From NCBI GenBank assembly GCA_965206745.1, contig OZ242220.1, positions 800,001 through 864,000 on the forward strand: DNA of 64,000 nucleotides, in the 5' to 3' direction. The notes under the pieces were generated by a model, which worked only from the letters and a program-made list of their open reading frames with translations, was not told the origin of the DNA and ran no database searches. The translations under genes and the position numbers were made by a program. Shown here one piece after another: positions 1-9,287 of this stretch. How positions within the stretch are numbered: the first letter of the stretch is position 1; each line of letters starts with the position of its first letter. Origin of the DNA: Nitrosopumilus sp. (GTDB lineage Archaea > Thermoproteota > Nitrososphaeria > Nitrososphaerales > Nitrosopumilaceae).

Positions 1-639
1 TATGTTGTCCCCTAAGGGAAAGATCCATGCATAGCCTGCCGGCGAATATTCTTGTCCTACCATAAGCCACCATGTGTCTGAATCTGCGCTTTCTGCCCTG
101 ACCTCGTATTCTGCACCTGCTCCGAATCTCTCCCACTGTGGCGCAAATCCCATTGCCCTGCAAACTGTTGATGGAAAACCGCTTGCATCTATTACCACTT
201 TGGAATGAAACACCGTCTCCCCCTTGGGCCCGATTCCGCTAACTCCTGCAATATCCCCCCTCTCATTTTTGATGACGTTTTTGATATTCATTTTTACAAA
301 AATGTCTGCCCCTGACTTTTCTGCCTCATTTGCTAACCACCTGTATGTCTTTCTTACATCCAACACTGCCGCCCTTGGAACGGTATCACTAATTGTGACC
401 TCGTTATTAGGCGAGCAAAATGAGAAATTTTTAATTGGGTTGTAGCACTCATCTGGAATCCCGAACTCTTTGATATTTTGAATCCATGTGACCCCGCTGG
501 TTCTAACTGTTTGTGCAATTGAATCTTCTTTTTCAAGCAAAGCTACCCTGATACCGTTCTTTGCTGCAGCATATGCTGCTGAGGATCCTGCCGGTCCTCC
601 TCCAACAATGACTAGATCATAATGGTACTCTTCAGACAA
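1..639 (-). CDS. NAD(P)/FAD-dependent oxidoreductase, geranylgeranyl reductase family (5' part; runs off the window edge)
   Basis: Manual translation from TTG at 639: MSEEYHYDLVIVGGGPAGSSAAYAAAKNGIRVALLEKE. FAD-binding GxGxxG motif, later VVIDASG; not in the ORF track because it is truncated by the window. Confidence 0.8.
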   Translation of the reverse strand, partial: MSEEYHYDLVIVGGGPAGSSAAYAAAKNGIRVALLEKEDSIAQTVRTSGVTWIQNIKEFGIPDECYNPIKNFSFCSPNNEVTISDTVPRAAVLDVRKTYRWLANEAEKSGADIFVKMNIKNVIKNERGDIAGVSGIGPKGETVFHSKVVIDASGFPSTVCRAMGFAPQWERFGAGAEYEVRAESADSDTWWLMVGQEYSPAGYAWIFPLGDNI

Positions 640-690
640 CTGATTTCAATGACTAACCACTTGGATATAATTTTGAGGTATGCTATTTTG

Positions 691-900
691 CTATTTCTTT
701 AATACTGGGGTGCCTGTGGAGTCGTTTTCTCTCTCTGTATCAAATGTTTCCATGTGTGCTGGGTCTCTGTGCATGAAACTGTGGGTTTTGCCTTCTGCCT
801 TTCTGCAGAACTTGGAATGAATTGTCTCCTCTACCTTTAGTGTAGTTTCATTTTCATGAAATAGGCGTTTTCCACAATCAGGACATATGAATTCAGGCAT
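691..900 (-). CDS. small zinc-finger-like protein
   Basis: MPEFICPDCGK...IHSKFC: CxxC plus HxxxC; TTTAAA about 25 nt upstream of ATG 900. Confidence 0.6.
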   Translation of the reverse strand: MPEFICPDCGKRLFHENETTLKVEETIHSKFCRKAEGKTHSFMHRDPAHMETFDTERENDSTGTPVLKK

Positions 901-1205
901 AAATTCCGTCAGTATCAAATCTATTTAAACGTAATTTGTTCAGGGAACCTGACACACTTTGATTTTGATAGGAGATAGTTTCTATCCTTTGGACTGGCAA
1001 TATCTCGTGGATTCTGCTAGAATCGAATCAGTCATATTTTTATTTCGGCCTGACTTTCCATGACTTTTCAGATCATCTTGGGAATTTCAAAATTCCTAGG
1101 CACGTACAATCCTTGGCGAATTGAATTTATTTGGTCATCTCGTGCTTTTAGGAGGCAATTCACTCCTAACCCAAACTTTAGATGTTTATTGTTCTGTTGT
1201 TAATC

Positions 1206-1322
1206 ATGGATGAATCTGATCTTGGATCATTTTTCATGTGGTTTGCAATTACAGGAATTGCTATGCTGGTGACTGGACTTGGCTATCGAGCTTATTCTAA
1301 AAAGAATAGAACTTTGTCTTGA
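1206..1322 (+). CDS. 38-aa single-transmembrane micro-protein
   Basis: Manual translation MDESDLGSFFMWFAITGIAMLVTGLGYRAYSKKNRTLS: acidic N-terminus, hydrophobic helix, basic C-terminus. Confidence 0.5.
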   Translation: MDESDLGSFFMWFAITGIAMLVTGLGYRAYSKKNRTLS

Positions 1323-1343
1323 TGTGAGTTCTGATTGTCTGCT

Positions 1344-2105
1344 TTATCCCTCAGAAGCTGTCTTTCCGCCATCCACATTTAAGATGGTTCCTGTTACCCA
1401 GTTGGCTTCATCTGAGGCCAGGTATAGTGCCGCATTTGCAACATCTGCCGGTTCTCCAACTCGTCCTAGGGGCAACCTCTCTTCTAACACTTTTCTCGCT
1501 TGAGGATCATCAAGATACGGTTTTATCATTCCCGAATTAATAATTCCCGGATTAACACAGTTGCATCTGATGTTCTTCCTTGCATATTCTACTGCAATTG
1601 ATTTTGTAAACATGGCCATTGCGGCTTTGGTAGATGAATACACTGCCAAATGTACTCGTGGTATTGCCCTTTGACTTGAAATTGAGCCGATGTTGACTAT
1701 TGTCCCACTTTTGACATCTGACATTTTTGACAGAACCGCTTTTGTCATGTGGAACACTCCTAGCAAATTCGTGTCAATTAATTTCTTGATCTCTGAATCC
1801 TGCATTTTATGAAAATGTATTGGATCATTAATCGCCCCTGCATTATTAATCAAAATATCGATTCTACCGTATGTATCCATGATCTGGTCTACTGCTTGCA
1901 ATACTTGAGATTCATCAGTCAAATCGCATGATACTGGAGCAGTTGACTCTTCGTTTCCTATTTCCTTTCTCGTTGACTCTAGTCTTTCCAGATTCCTTGC
2001 TACTAGGATTACTTTGGCCCCTTCCTCCACAAACCTCTTGGCAATGCCTTTTCCAATATCCCCTGATGCCCCGGTGACGATGGCGATTTTTTCATTTAAT
2101 CGCAT
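1344..2105 (-). CDS. SDR family oxidoreductase (FabG-like)
   Basis: [17 protein letters not shown] catalytic motif, NCVNPG, VDGG. Confidence 0.92.
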   Translation of the reverse strand: MRLNEKIAIVTGASGDIGKGIAKRFVEEGAKVILVARNLERLESTRKEIGNEESTAPVSCDLTDESQVLQAVDQIMDTYGRIDILINNAGAINDPIHFHKMQDSEIKKLIDTNLLGVFHMTKAVLSKMSDVKSGTIVNIGSISSQRAIPRVHLAVYSSTKAAMAMFTKSIAVEYARKNIRCNCVNPGIINSGMIKPYLDDPQARKVLEERLPLGRVGEPADVANAALYLASDEANWVTGTILNVDGGKTASEG

Positions 2106-2267
2106 AATGTTGTATTGTTTTCATAACTTATAGAATTTTTGTCGAATTTCACGTATGAGGTCATCTATGCCTTTTAGTTAGGCACAAATCAACATTGTCG
2201 AAAATATTTTCACGCCTAGTTTTTTGAGTATCTGACCTCATACAATTTTACTCATAATTTGTCCCAT

Positions 2268-3140
2268 CTACCCATTGATTCTTTTGATGTATTCGATAAT
2301 TCCCGTATAATCTATGTCTCCCAACCCTTCGCTGACTGCATTTTTGTAGATTTCTTCTGCCTTACTAATCATTGGCAATTCAATTCCAAGAGATTTTGCA
2401 GTATCTGTCATGATGGCAATGTCCTTTTTCAGATTTGAAAGCGTGAATGTTGCATCGTACTTGCCCTCTATCATCTTGTATGCCTTTTTTTCACTCATGC
2501 CTGTTTTAAAATAAGTAGAGTTTAAAATTTCTAGAAATATTTTAGGATCAACATTTGATTTTCTGACAAGAGTTATTCCTTCAGATAGGGCCAGAGCCAG
2601 CATCGTGATTTGAAGGTTCATTGCTAATTTTATGGAATTTGCAGTTCCGCTTTCACCTAGGAAAAATACTTTGCTTGCTATGGCATCAAACACCTCCTTG
2701 CATCTGTCAAAGCTCTCTTTATCCCCTGATGCCATCATGACCAAACCTCCGGTTGCTGCCACATCTGGTCCCCCCATTACGGGTATGTCTAATTTGATGA
2801 TTCCAGAATCGCTGAACTGCCTTGAGATATCTTTTGATTCTGATTGGCCAATCGTGCTCATATCTGCAACGATTAATTTTCCATGGCTTGTTTTGATGAT
2901 GCCGTTGTTTTCAAATGAAATCTGTCTGACTGCATCTGCATCTCGTAAAACTGTGATTACTAAATCTGAATTTTCTGCAACTTCTTTTGGCGATTCTGCA
3001 ATTACTGCTCCTCTTTCTTTTAATTCTGATGTTTTTTCTTTTGTTCTGTTGTATGCTGTTATTTTAAAACCTGAATCTGCCAAATGCAATGCTACGGCGT
3101 TGCCCAACTTTCCTAATCCTATGATGCCTATCTTTTCCAT
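2268..3140 (-). CDS. 3-hydroxyisobutyrate dehydrogenase family NAD(P)-dependent oxidoreductase
   Basis: IGIIGLGKLG, YNRT, DMST, DIPVMGG, catalytic K in IKLAMN, LKKD. Confidence 0.88.
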   Translation of the reverse strand: MEKIGIIGLGKLGNAVALHLADSGFKITAYNRTKEKTSELKERGAVIAESPKEVAENSDLVITVLRDADAVRQISFENNGIIKTSHGKLIVADMSTIGQSESKDISRQFSDSGIIKLDIPVMGGPDVAATGGLVMMASGDKESFDRCKEVFDAIASKVFFLGESGTANSIKLAMNLQITMLALALSEGITLVRKSNVDPKIFLEILNSTYFKTGMSEKKAYKMIEGKYDATFTLSNLKKDIAIMTDTAKSLGIELPMISKAEEIYKNAVSEGLGDIDYTGIIEYIKRING

Positions 3141-3164
3141 TTACCGTCCTCTGACATTGTCTTT

Positions 3165-3551
3165 TTAATGCCTCTCTTCATTTTGAATCTCCCAGTGCTT
3201 ATTTCCGAATCTTGAGACTGCAAATTCTAATTGACCTATAGTTTTGTCTCCCTTCTTGACTTTGGCAAAGTCAAATTTCTTCATTTTGAATATCTTTTCT
3301 TTAGGCTTGTATCCCCCTTCGATAACCTTCACTTTGAATCTCTTGCTTGCTTTGATGACCATTTTTCTTGCATTCTGAATATTTCCAATCCATGAAAACA
3401 TCTCAAACTCTCCAAAATTCTCTGTAACTATATTGTGGCCGTATAGCCTTGCCTCGAGTTTGATTGATTGAGATTCTGCCTGTTCATTTAACCATGAAAC
3501 GACTTCTTGACCGTGACCCTTCTCAACCCCGAATGTTTCTGAATCTGCCAT
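3165..3551 (-). CDS. hypothetical protein
   Basis: 128-aa ORF with normal composition, co-oriented with the downstream dehydrogenase. Confidence 0.7.
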   Translation of the reverse strand: MADSETFGVEKGHGQEVVSWLNEQAESQSIKLEARLYGHNIVTENFGEFEMFSWIGNIQNARKMVIKASKRFKVKVIEGGYKPKEKIFKMKKFDFAKVKKGDKTIGQLEFAVSRFGNKHWEIQNEERH

Positions 3552-3634
3552 CTAACCACACTAGTAATGTTAAACAATAATAACCATTTTCAAGTACGTG
3601 TTAAACTAAAATATCGACCCGACTGTGGTATCTT

Positions 3635-4006
3635 ATGCTCACAATTGACTGCAAGGATGTAATTTCCGTCAAGAATGACTTGCTAGTGTATGTGGCAGAC
3701 CAGGTGGCAGCCATTCCTACTTTGAAGAATAACCAATTCACCCTATCATGCTTAAATGATGATGAAATTATTGACACCGGCGCTGTGATTTCTGCAATAA
3801 AGGAGTACCTGGATTCAATAAATGAGGGAAAGAACTTTGCTGTAATTTCAAATAATGATGTGATAAACATAACATCTGTCTCTGGCAGGGTCATTGAAAA
3901 TACCACTGCCAAGTCTGAACATGAAATGTTCTCATGCACTCATTGCGGATTTGTCACTCAATATCAGGTCGAGTTAAATGTTCATATGAGAATTCACTAT
4001 CTGTGA
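3635..4006 (+). CDS. protein with C-terminal C2H2-type zinc finger
   Basis: C-terminal FSCTHCGFVTQYQVELNVHMRIH. Confidence 0.75.
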   Translation: MLTIDCKDVISVKNDLLVYVADQVAAIPTLKNNQFTLSCLNDDEIIDTGAVISAIKEYLDSINEGKNFAVISNNDVINITSVSGRVIENTTAKSEHEMFSCTHCGFVTQYQVELNVHMRIHYL

Positions 4007-4297
4007 TCTGCCCGACTTTTAATCCCTGGCATTTGTGATGCTGCTGAAAAACTATTCCAAAGGCCTAATCCTGATATTCTAAAATGTATCCGTGACTCTT
4101 GAAATTTGCCCTGATCCAATCTAAACTGATTGATCCCCCAAAATATCACAAATCACTGTGTACCAACTCGGCTTTACAAGGCAATGGTTGAATGCCACAA
4201 AATTCCAAACGTTATGGCAAAACCTGTGACAAATTCGTCTGAAATTTTCATCAGCACCGATCTACAACAGGATCTTTATAAGCACCGATTGCCCAAA

Positions 4298-4498
4298 ATG
4301 TTTGTGAATAATCCCTCAAAATCCAATGTCTCTAAGGTATACTGTGAAAAATGTGATCTGGTTTTTGAATCCAGAGAAAAATTCGATAAACACCTTCAAA
4401 GGCATTCTGGTATCGCATGCGAGGTATGTCCAATTGACACTGCCATTGCAAAGTTTGTAAATCTGTTCAAGAGAAAATCTTCCCATAATTTGGAATAA
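4298..4498 (+). CDS. small C2H2-type zinc finger protein
   Basis: YCEKCDLVFESREKFDKHLQRH plus CEVC; TTTATAA upstream favours a start near 4298 rather than 4130. Confidence 0.65.
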   Translation: MFVNNPSKSNVSKVYCEKCDLVFESREKFDKHLQRHSGIACEVCPIDTAIAKFVNLFKRKSSHNLE

Positions 4499-4529
4499 GT
4501 TTTTTTAACCCGTCATTTTGTTTTCAATT

Positions 4530-5192
4530 ATGAATAAAATAGGCATAATTATAGGCGTCATCGCCATTGCAATTATCGCCGGCGTGGCCGCTTCATTATC
4601 TGCATCCCCTGCCGAAGTAACTAGTCTTGAGATGGGAAGAATGCATGGGACCATCTCCACTGCAATGGGTTCTCCAATTTTAGGTGATCCTTTAGCGCCA
4701 ATCACTATTGTTGAATTTGGCGATTACCAATGTCACCAGTGTTTTAATTGGTTCCACAATACAAAACCTGCAATATTCCAAGATTATGTTGAAACTGGAA
4801 AGGCAAATCTAGTGTTTGTTGACTTGGCATTTTTAGGACGTGATTCTCCAAAAGCATCTCAGGCATCTTACTGTGCTGAGGACCAAGGAATGTATTGGGA
4901 ATATCATGACATTCTTTACACTTCCCAAGAGTCGAAAATTGATAGCGGATGGGCAAATACTGAACGACTAAAAGCATTTGCATTTAGCTTGGGACTTGAC
5001 ATGGAGTTGTTTGACAGCTGTCTTGATTCAGGAAAGTATTCTAAACGAGTTCAATACAATATTCAGCAGGCAAGAGATCATGGCGTAAAGGGGACTCCCG
5101 GATTCTTCATCGTAGGTCCTAATGGACAAGAACAGCTTGGTGGCGCGCAACCATTTTCCGTGTTCAAACGAGTGTTGGATAAAATGGTCTAA
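4530..5192 (+). CDS. DsbA family thioredoxin-fold oxidoreductase with N-terminal membrane anchor
   Basis: N-terminal hydrophobic helix, EFGDYQCHQC active site, GVKGTP cis-Pro loop, GAQPF. Confidence 0.9.
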   Translation: MNKIGIIIGVIAIAIIAGVAASLSASPAEVTSLEMGRMHGTISTAMGSPILGDPLAPITIVEFGDYQCHQCFNWFHNTKPAIFQDYVETGKANLVFVDLAFLGRDSPKASQASYCAEDQGMYWEYHDILYTSQESKIDSGWANTERLKAFAFSLGLDMELFDSCLDSGKYSKRVQYNIQQARDHGVKGTPGFFIVGPNGQEQLGGAQPFSVFKRVLDKMV

Positions 5193-5193
5193 G

Positions 5194-5679
5194 ATGAAAT
5201 TTGCACTCTGTCTGGTATTTTCAAATCCAAAATATCTTCTCCTATCTGTTGTAATTTTTTCTACAATGCTGACCGGACTTTTGATCCTGTCTGAATATAT
5301 TTTCCTAGAGCCCTACATTGTTAGCCATCTTCCGTCTGGAACTGAATTTGGGTTTGTCCTCATTGTAATGATATCTGCATTATCTGCTCTGGTACTGCCG
5401 ATGAACATATTTCGTATCAGCATTCTCAAAAAATCCAAACAGAAGATGGGTGGCGGGATGTTTGGCTCCATTATCGGGGCAGTCGCCGGCGCATGCAGTT
5501 GCGGTCCGATAGGGTTTGCTGTGATCTCAACATTTGGTTCAGTCGGGGCAACTGCAACTGCATTTCTTACCAACTATGAAGTCCCAATCAGAATCGTTGC
5601 CATTGGGATTCTGGCCATTACTTATTTTACGACTGTCAAATCACTCAAAATTGAATGCAAGTTTGATCCAAATGCCTGA
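5194..5679 (+). CDS. multi-pass membrane protein with GACSCGP motif
   Basis: About 4 hydrophobic segments; ATG immediately after the DsbA stop. Confidence 0.75.
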   Translation: MKFALCLVFSNPKYLLLSVVIFSTMLTGLLILSEYIFLEPYIVSHLPSGTEFGFVLIVMISALSALVLPMNIFRISILKKSKQKMGGGMFGSIIGAVAGACSCGPIGFAVISTFGSVGATATAFLTNYEVPIRIVAIGILAITYFTTVKSLKIECKFDPNA

Positions 5680-5830
5680 TGAATTAGAAATTACCATTTA
5701 GGCAAACTTTTGTAACCTTGGTCTGTATGTTGCAATCTTTTTAGGTGTTATTATGACGTCAATCTTTATTCCAATTAGGCCTGCTAGACGAGATCCAGAA
5801 TCTGATGAAATTGAAGATGCTGAAGACTAG
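5672..5830 (+). pseudogene. small single-TM ORF interrupted by an in-frame TAG
   Basis: MPDELEITI*ANFCNLGLYVAIFLGVIMTSIFIPIRPARRDPESDEIEDAED*; the ATG overlaps the end of the upstream gene. Confidence 0.35.
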
Positions 5831-5918
5831 CATCTACTCTGAAATTTTAATCACGCTCTACTGATGTTCAAGATTTGCAAAGTCGAGATATTTATTTGCC
5901 TTTTTAAGATTTGATACA

Positions 5919-6860
5919 ATGCAGAATTGGAATTTAATTTTTGGAATTTTCATAATTTCCAGTCCGATTCTGTTTGCCATGATTGCATTTCCTGACTCTA
6001 TAGCTTGGAGCTGGAATGAGGGCAGGGGAGGGTATTTCTTTGCCTTAATCTTTGTTGTTGCTGAATTAATTGGATTAAAGATTGTAATTTCAAAAAGAAA
6101 GTTACTTGCTGTAATTCCTCTGGCCCTTGTAACCATTGCGTATCTTATTTCCTTGGAGTATGGTTTGAGAGAATACATTGTTGAATCTGCAGAATTATTT
6201 GATGTGCAATTGATCTATTCTTGGACTTGGATGTGGGACTTTGTTGTTATGGCGATCTTTATAGTTGCAGCTCTGAGTATTTTCTTTGGAAGACGATGGG
6301 TTAGAATTGCCCCTGCGGGCCCTATATTTCTTACAGGTACTGCAATAATACTTTCACTTGATGCATTTTTCCCCTATGACACACTTGGTCCCCTGCAATA
6401 CATTGTCCCGTATTTTGTACAGGCAAATGTGTGGGTAATTACTGCACTTGATCTTGGAACTGCTGCCGCTAGAGACAATGTGATGTTTTTGCGCGGTGAT
6501 CACGGTTCTATGGCCCTCCAAGTATTTTGGCCATCAGCTGGTGTCCACAGCATCATCATCTTTTCATTGGTAATTGGAGCATTCATGTTAAAGCTCAATA
6601 TTCCTAAATCTCGAAAAATCATTTATTTTATTTTAGGAATTATTGGAACCATCATCGTTAATCTGATACGGATTTTTTCCCTGTCTTGGTATGCGTTAAA
6701 AGTTACAACTGATCCTGTTGCATGGGAGGAATACCATAAGATAGCAGGCGAGATAATGTTCTTGCCCTGGCTGTTTGCATTCATTTTGGTTGTAATTATC
6801 ATTGAATCACGACGCCTGAAAAACTCTGAAAAAAATGATGTTTCTAGAAATATGACGTAA
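5919..6860 (+). CDS. thaumarchaeosortase (archaeosortase/exosortase family)
   Basis: Polytopic membrane protein with VFWPSAG (Ser at the catalytic Cys position), NLIRIF (Arg) and EEYHKIAG (His). Confidence 0.88.
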   Translation: MQNWNLIFGIFIISSPILFAMIAFPDSIAWSWNEGRGGYFFALIFVVAELIGLKIVISKRKLLAVIPLALVTIAYLISLEYGLREYIVESAELFDVQLIYSWTWMWDFVVMAIFIVAALSIFFGRRWVRIAPAGPIFLTGTAIILSLDAFFPYDTLGPLQYIVPYFVQANVWVITALDLGTAAARDNVMFLRGDHGSMALQVFWPSAGVHSIIIFSLVIGAFMLKLNIPKSRKIIYFILGIIGTIIVNLIRIFSLSWYALKVTTDPVAWEEYHKIAGEIMFLPWLFAFILVVIIIESRRLKNSEKNDVSRNMT

Positions 6861-7950
6861 TGTCGCTTTGTCCTTGAATTTCTGAAAGTTCTGACACTTT
6901 TACCCCTAGCCTTCTTATTGTGATGGTTTGATTTTCTAGTGCTTCTTTTAGCAGTTGATCTGCATTTTTTTGCAATTCTTCAATACTTACAGTGGGATTT
7001 CTTAACATTCTTGATTTTGATTTGTTTGATAAATCAGACTGCACAAAATGTATTCCAATTGATTTGAACATTTGATTATTTTTTTTAACTATTCCATGCA
7101 CTTCTTTGCACAACTCTGTGATATTTTCAGATAAAAGTTGGTAATCTTTCGAATCTTTTTTTAATGTTGTAATTTTGCTGTACTGTATTCTAGCTTCTCT
7201 CTCTTTGACTGCTTCATCGTCCATCCCTCTCACTGCATTGTAAATATAGGCGCCTGTCTTTCTGCCAAATTCCTTATTCAAAGTAAAAATATCTATTTTT
7301 TTTACATCCTCAATTGTTTTCAAATCCATTTCTAAAAATCGCCCCTCTGTTTTTTTGCCAATGCCTGGGATTGATCTGATCTTTAATTGATCCAGGAATG
7401 ATTTGATTTTTTCTGGTGGCACTGCAGTTAGACCGTCTGGTTTTTGAAAATCTGATGCTATTTTTGAAATTAATTTATTTGGGGAAATTCCTACCGAACA
7501 GGTCAGTTTAATTTTCTCTCTTATGGAATTTTTAATCTGCTGGGCCAGATGATTTGCTTTTTCGAAATTGCCTTCAACTCTTTTTGTTACATCAAGATAT
7601 GCCTCATCTCGTCCCACATATTCAAAAATATCTGCATTCTCCTTCATAATCTCCATCGCTTCTTCTGAAACTTTTGAATACAAATCAAAATCAACTGGCA
7701 AGAAAACTGCATCTTTTCTCTCTTCGAGTCTTTTTTTTGCAAATGCAATTGGTATTCCTGACTTGACGCCGTATTTTCTAGCCGTATAATTTGCAGTTGC
7801 AATTGCGCCACTGTCTTCCCCCCTGTCTGAAAACACACAGACGCATACTGGCTTTGATTTTAATTCTGGGGATCTGTTCTCTTCACACTGGGCATAAAAA
7901 TAATCAAAATCTATGTGGAAAACCACTCTTGTTTCCAATACCTCTCTCAT
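6844..7950 (-). CDS. dinB: DNA polymerase IV (Y family, DinB/Dpo4)
   Basis: HIDFDYFYAQCE, ATANYTARKYGVKSG, GRDEAYLD, SKIASDFQKPDG, IPGIGKKT, IRRLGV. Confidence 0.95.
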   Translation of the reverse strand: MREVLETRVVFHIDFDYFYAQCEENRSPELKSKPVCVCVFSDRGEDSGAIATANYTARKYGVKSGIPIAFAKKRLEERKDAVFLPVDFDLYSKVSEEAMEIMKENADIFEYVGRDEAYLDVTKRVEGNFEKANHLAQQIKNSIREKIKLTCSVGISPNKLISKIASDFQKPDGLTAVPPEKIKSFLDQLKIRSIPGIGKKTEGRFLEMDLKTIEDVKKIDIFTLNKEFGRKTGAYIYNAVRGMDDEAVKEREARIQYSKITTLKKDSKDYQLLSENITELCKEVHGIVKKNNQMFKSIGIHFVQSDLSNKSKSRMLRNPTVSIEELQKNADQLLKEALENQTITIRRLGVKVSELSEIQGQSDITSYF

Positions 7951-8011
7951 TGGTTTTGATTATTATTGTATTGTGTATTCATCTAAATATTGAATTAATT
8001 TCATATTCTTC

Positions 8012-8251
8012 ATGGAGTATCCCGTATCTGTGGACGAAAATGGTGTCAAATTCAAACCTGAGAAAATGGAAAAAGAAAAGCTATATCACTGTATTTTCAA
8101 AGACAAGGCCATATTGGTATTCAAAGATTCTCAGGATGTTATGAATTGTTATGAAATTGAGGAAGCTGTTCTAGTAGAGCAAATTAAGAAATGTGACAAT
8201 GATGACGATCTTGAAAAATTATTTGAGGACTATTTGAAAGGAAATACCTGA
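8012..8251 (+). CDS. small acidic hypothetical protein
   Basis: 79-aa ORF divergent from dinB and upstream of alba. Confidence 0.65.
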   Translation: MEYPVSVDENGVKFKPEKMEKEKLYHCIFKDKAILVFKDSQDVMNCYEIEEAVLVEQIKKCDNDDDLEKLFEDYLKGNT

Positions 8252-8299
8252 AAAATTAAATAAAAGTGGGAGAGAAATTCATTATAACAGGTATTAAAA

Positions 8300-9067
8300 T
8301 TGAGTAACAATAACAAATCAAAAGATGCAGAAGATATTTTGTCAGAATTTGGTTCTAGAATTAAACCCGAACCAACACCAGAACCCGAACCAACACCAGA
8401 ACCCGAACCAACACCAGAACCCGAACCAACACCAGAACCCGAACCAACACCAGAACCCGAACCAACACCAGAACCCGAACCAACACCAGAACCCGAACCA
8501 ACACCAGAACCCGAACCAACACCAGAACCCGAACCAACACCAGAACCCGAACCAACACCAGAACCCGAACCAACACCAGAACCCGAACCAACACCAGAAC
8601 CCGAACCAACACCAGAACCCGAACCAACACCAGAACCCGAACCAACACCAGAACCCGAACCAACACCAGAACCCGAACCAACACCAGAACCCGAACCAAC
8701 ACCAGAACCCGAACCAACACCAGAACCCGAACCAACACCAGAACCAACACCTGAACCGCATTCAAACGAGGCTCCTGATTCTCCCAAAATTCAAGAAGAA
8801 CGTGATGTGATTTTTGTTGGAAGCAAACCCATCATGACTTATGTTTCTGCAACTTTAACTCAACTCTCAACTAGAACTATTGTGACTATCAAGGCAAGAG
8901 GCAGGCGAATTACTCAGGCCGTCGATGTCTCTCAAATGATTGTAAAGAGAATGGATTCTGTAGGATATGTAATTAATGATGTAAGAATCTCATCTGATTC
9001 TTTAACATCCGAAGATGGAAAGCAACGTAATGTTTCTACGATGGAAATTGACATTTCAAAGAACTAA
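8300..9067 (+). CDS. albA: Alba-family DNA/RNA-binding protein with a long N-terminal PEPEPT repeat
   Basis: C-terminal ~90 aa [12 protein letters not shown]...[16 protein letters not shown]...[10 protein letters not shown] is an Alba domain. Confidence 0.88.
   Translation: MSNNNKSKDAEDILSEFGSRIKPEPTPEPEPTPEPEPTPEPEPTPEPEPTPEPEPTPEPEPTPEPEPTPEPEPTPEPEPTPEPEPTPEPEPTPEPEPTPEPEPTPEPEPTPEPEPTPEPEPTPEPEPTPEPEPTPEPEPTPEPEPTPEPTPEPHSNEAPDSPKIQEERDVIFVGSKPIMTYVSATLTQLSTRTIVTIKARGRRITQAVDVSQMIVKRMDSVGYVINDVRISSDSLTSEDGKQRNVSTMEIDISKN
8363..8740 (+). repeat. 18-bp coding tandem repeat GAACCCGAACCAACACCA, 21 copies
   Basis: 20 identical units at 8381-8740, one unit with a single mismatch at 8363-8380, then a truncated unit. 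Confidence 0.97.
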
Positions 9068-9068
9068 T

Positions 9069-9287
9069 CTGAAAATTTTAACATTGATTTTATTTGGCGT
9101 GTTATTTGTGGTGGTGATAATTGAATTGCAGGATAACTCCTGCAATGTAAAGCATTACCTTCTTTCAAATGAGATTTTTTCATATGAAAAATCACTGGAT
9201 CCGGAATTGTGTGAAAATATTCTTGAAAGAATTGACTTTCACAATGATGAGTGTGCCTCTAAAATAGAAATTTTAGACTGCGGTTAA
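9069..9287 (+). CDS. small membrane-anchored Cys-containing hypothetical protein (start uncertain)
   Basis: KILTLILFGVLFVVVIIE signal-like segment and 4 Cys, ending EILDCG. Confidence 0.45.
   Translation: MKILTLILFGVLFVVVIIELQDNSCNVKHYLLSNEIFSYEKSLDPELCENILERIDFHNDECASKIEILDCG

Noticed and set aside
5699-5701. In-frame TAG as pyrrolysine recoding
   Set aside because: No pyl machinery in the window or expected in this lineage; a nonsense mutation is simpler.
8363-8740. Regular repeat array that could be mistaken for CRISPR
   Set aside because: Units are contiguous 18-mers with no unique spacers, in frame within the Alba ORF, and there are no cas genes.
8230-8810. Alternative-frame ORFs (GSGSGV, QNPNQH, FWCWFG, VLVLVR repeats)
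   Set aside because: Stop-free shadows of the 18-bp repeat; only the PEPEPT frame continues into a recognisable domain.
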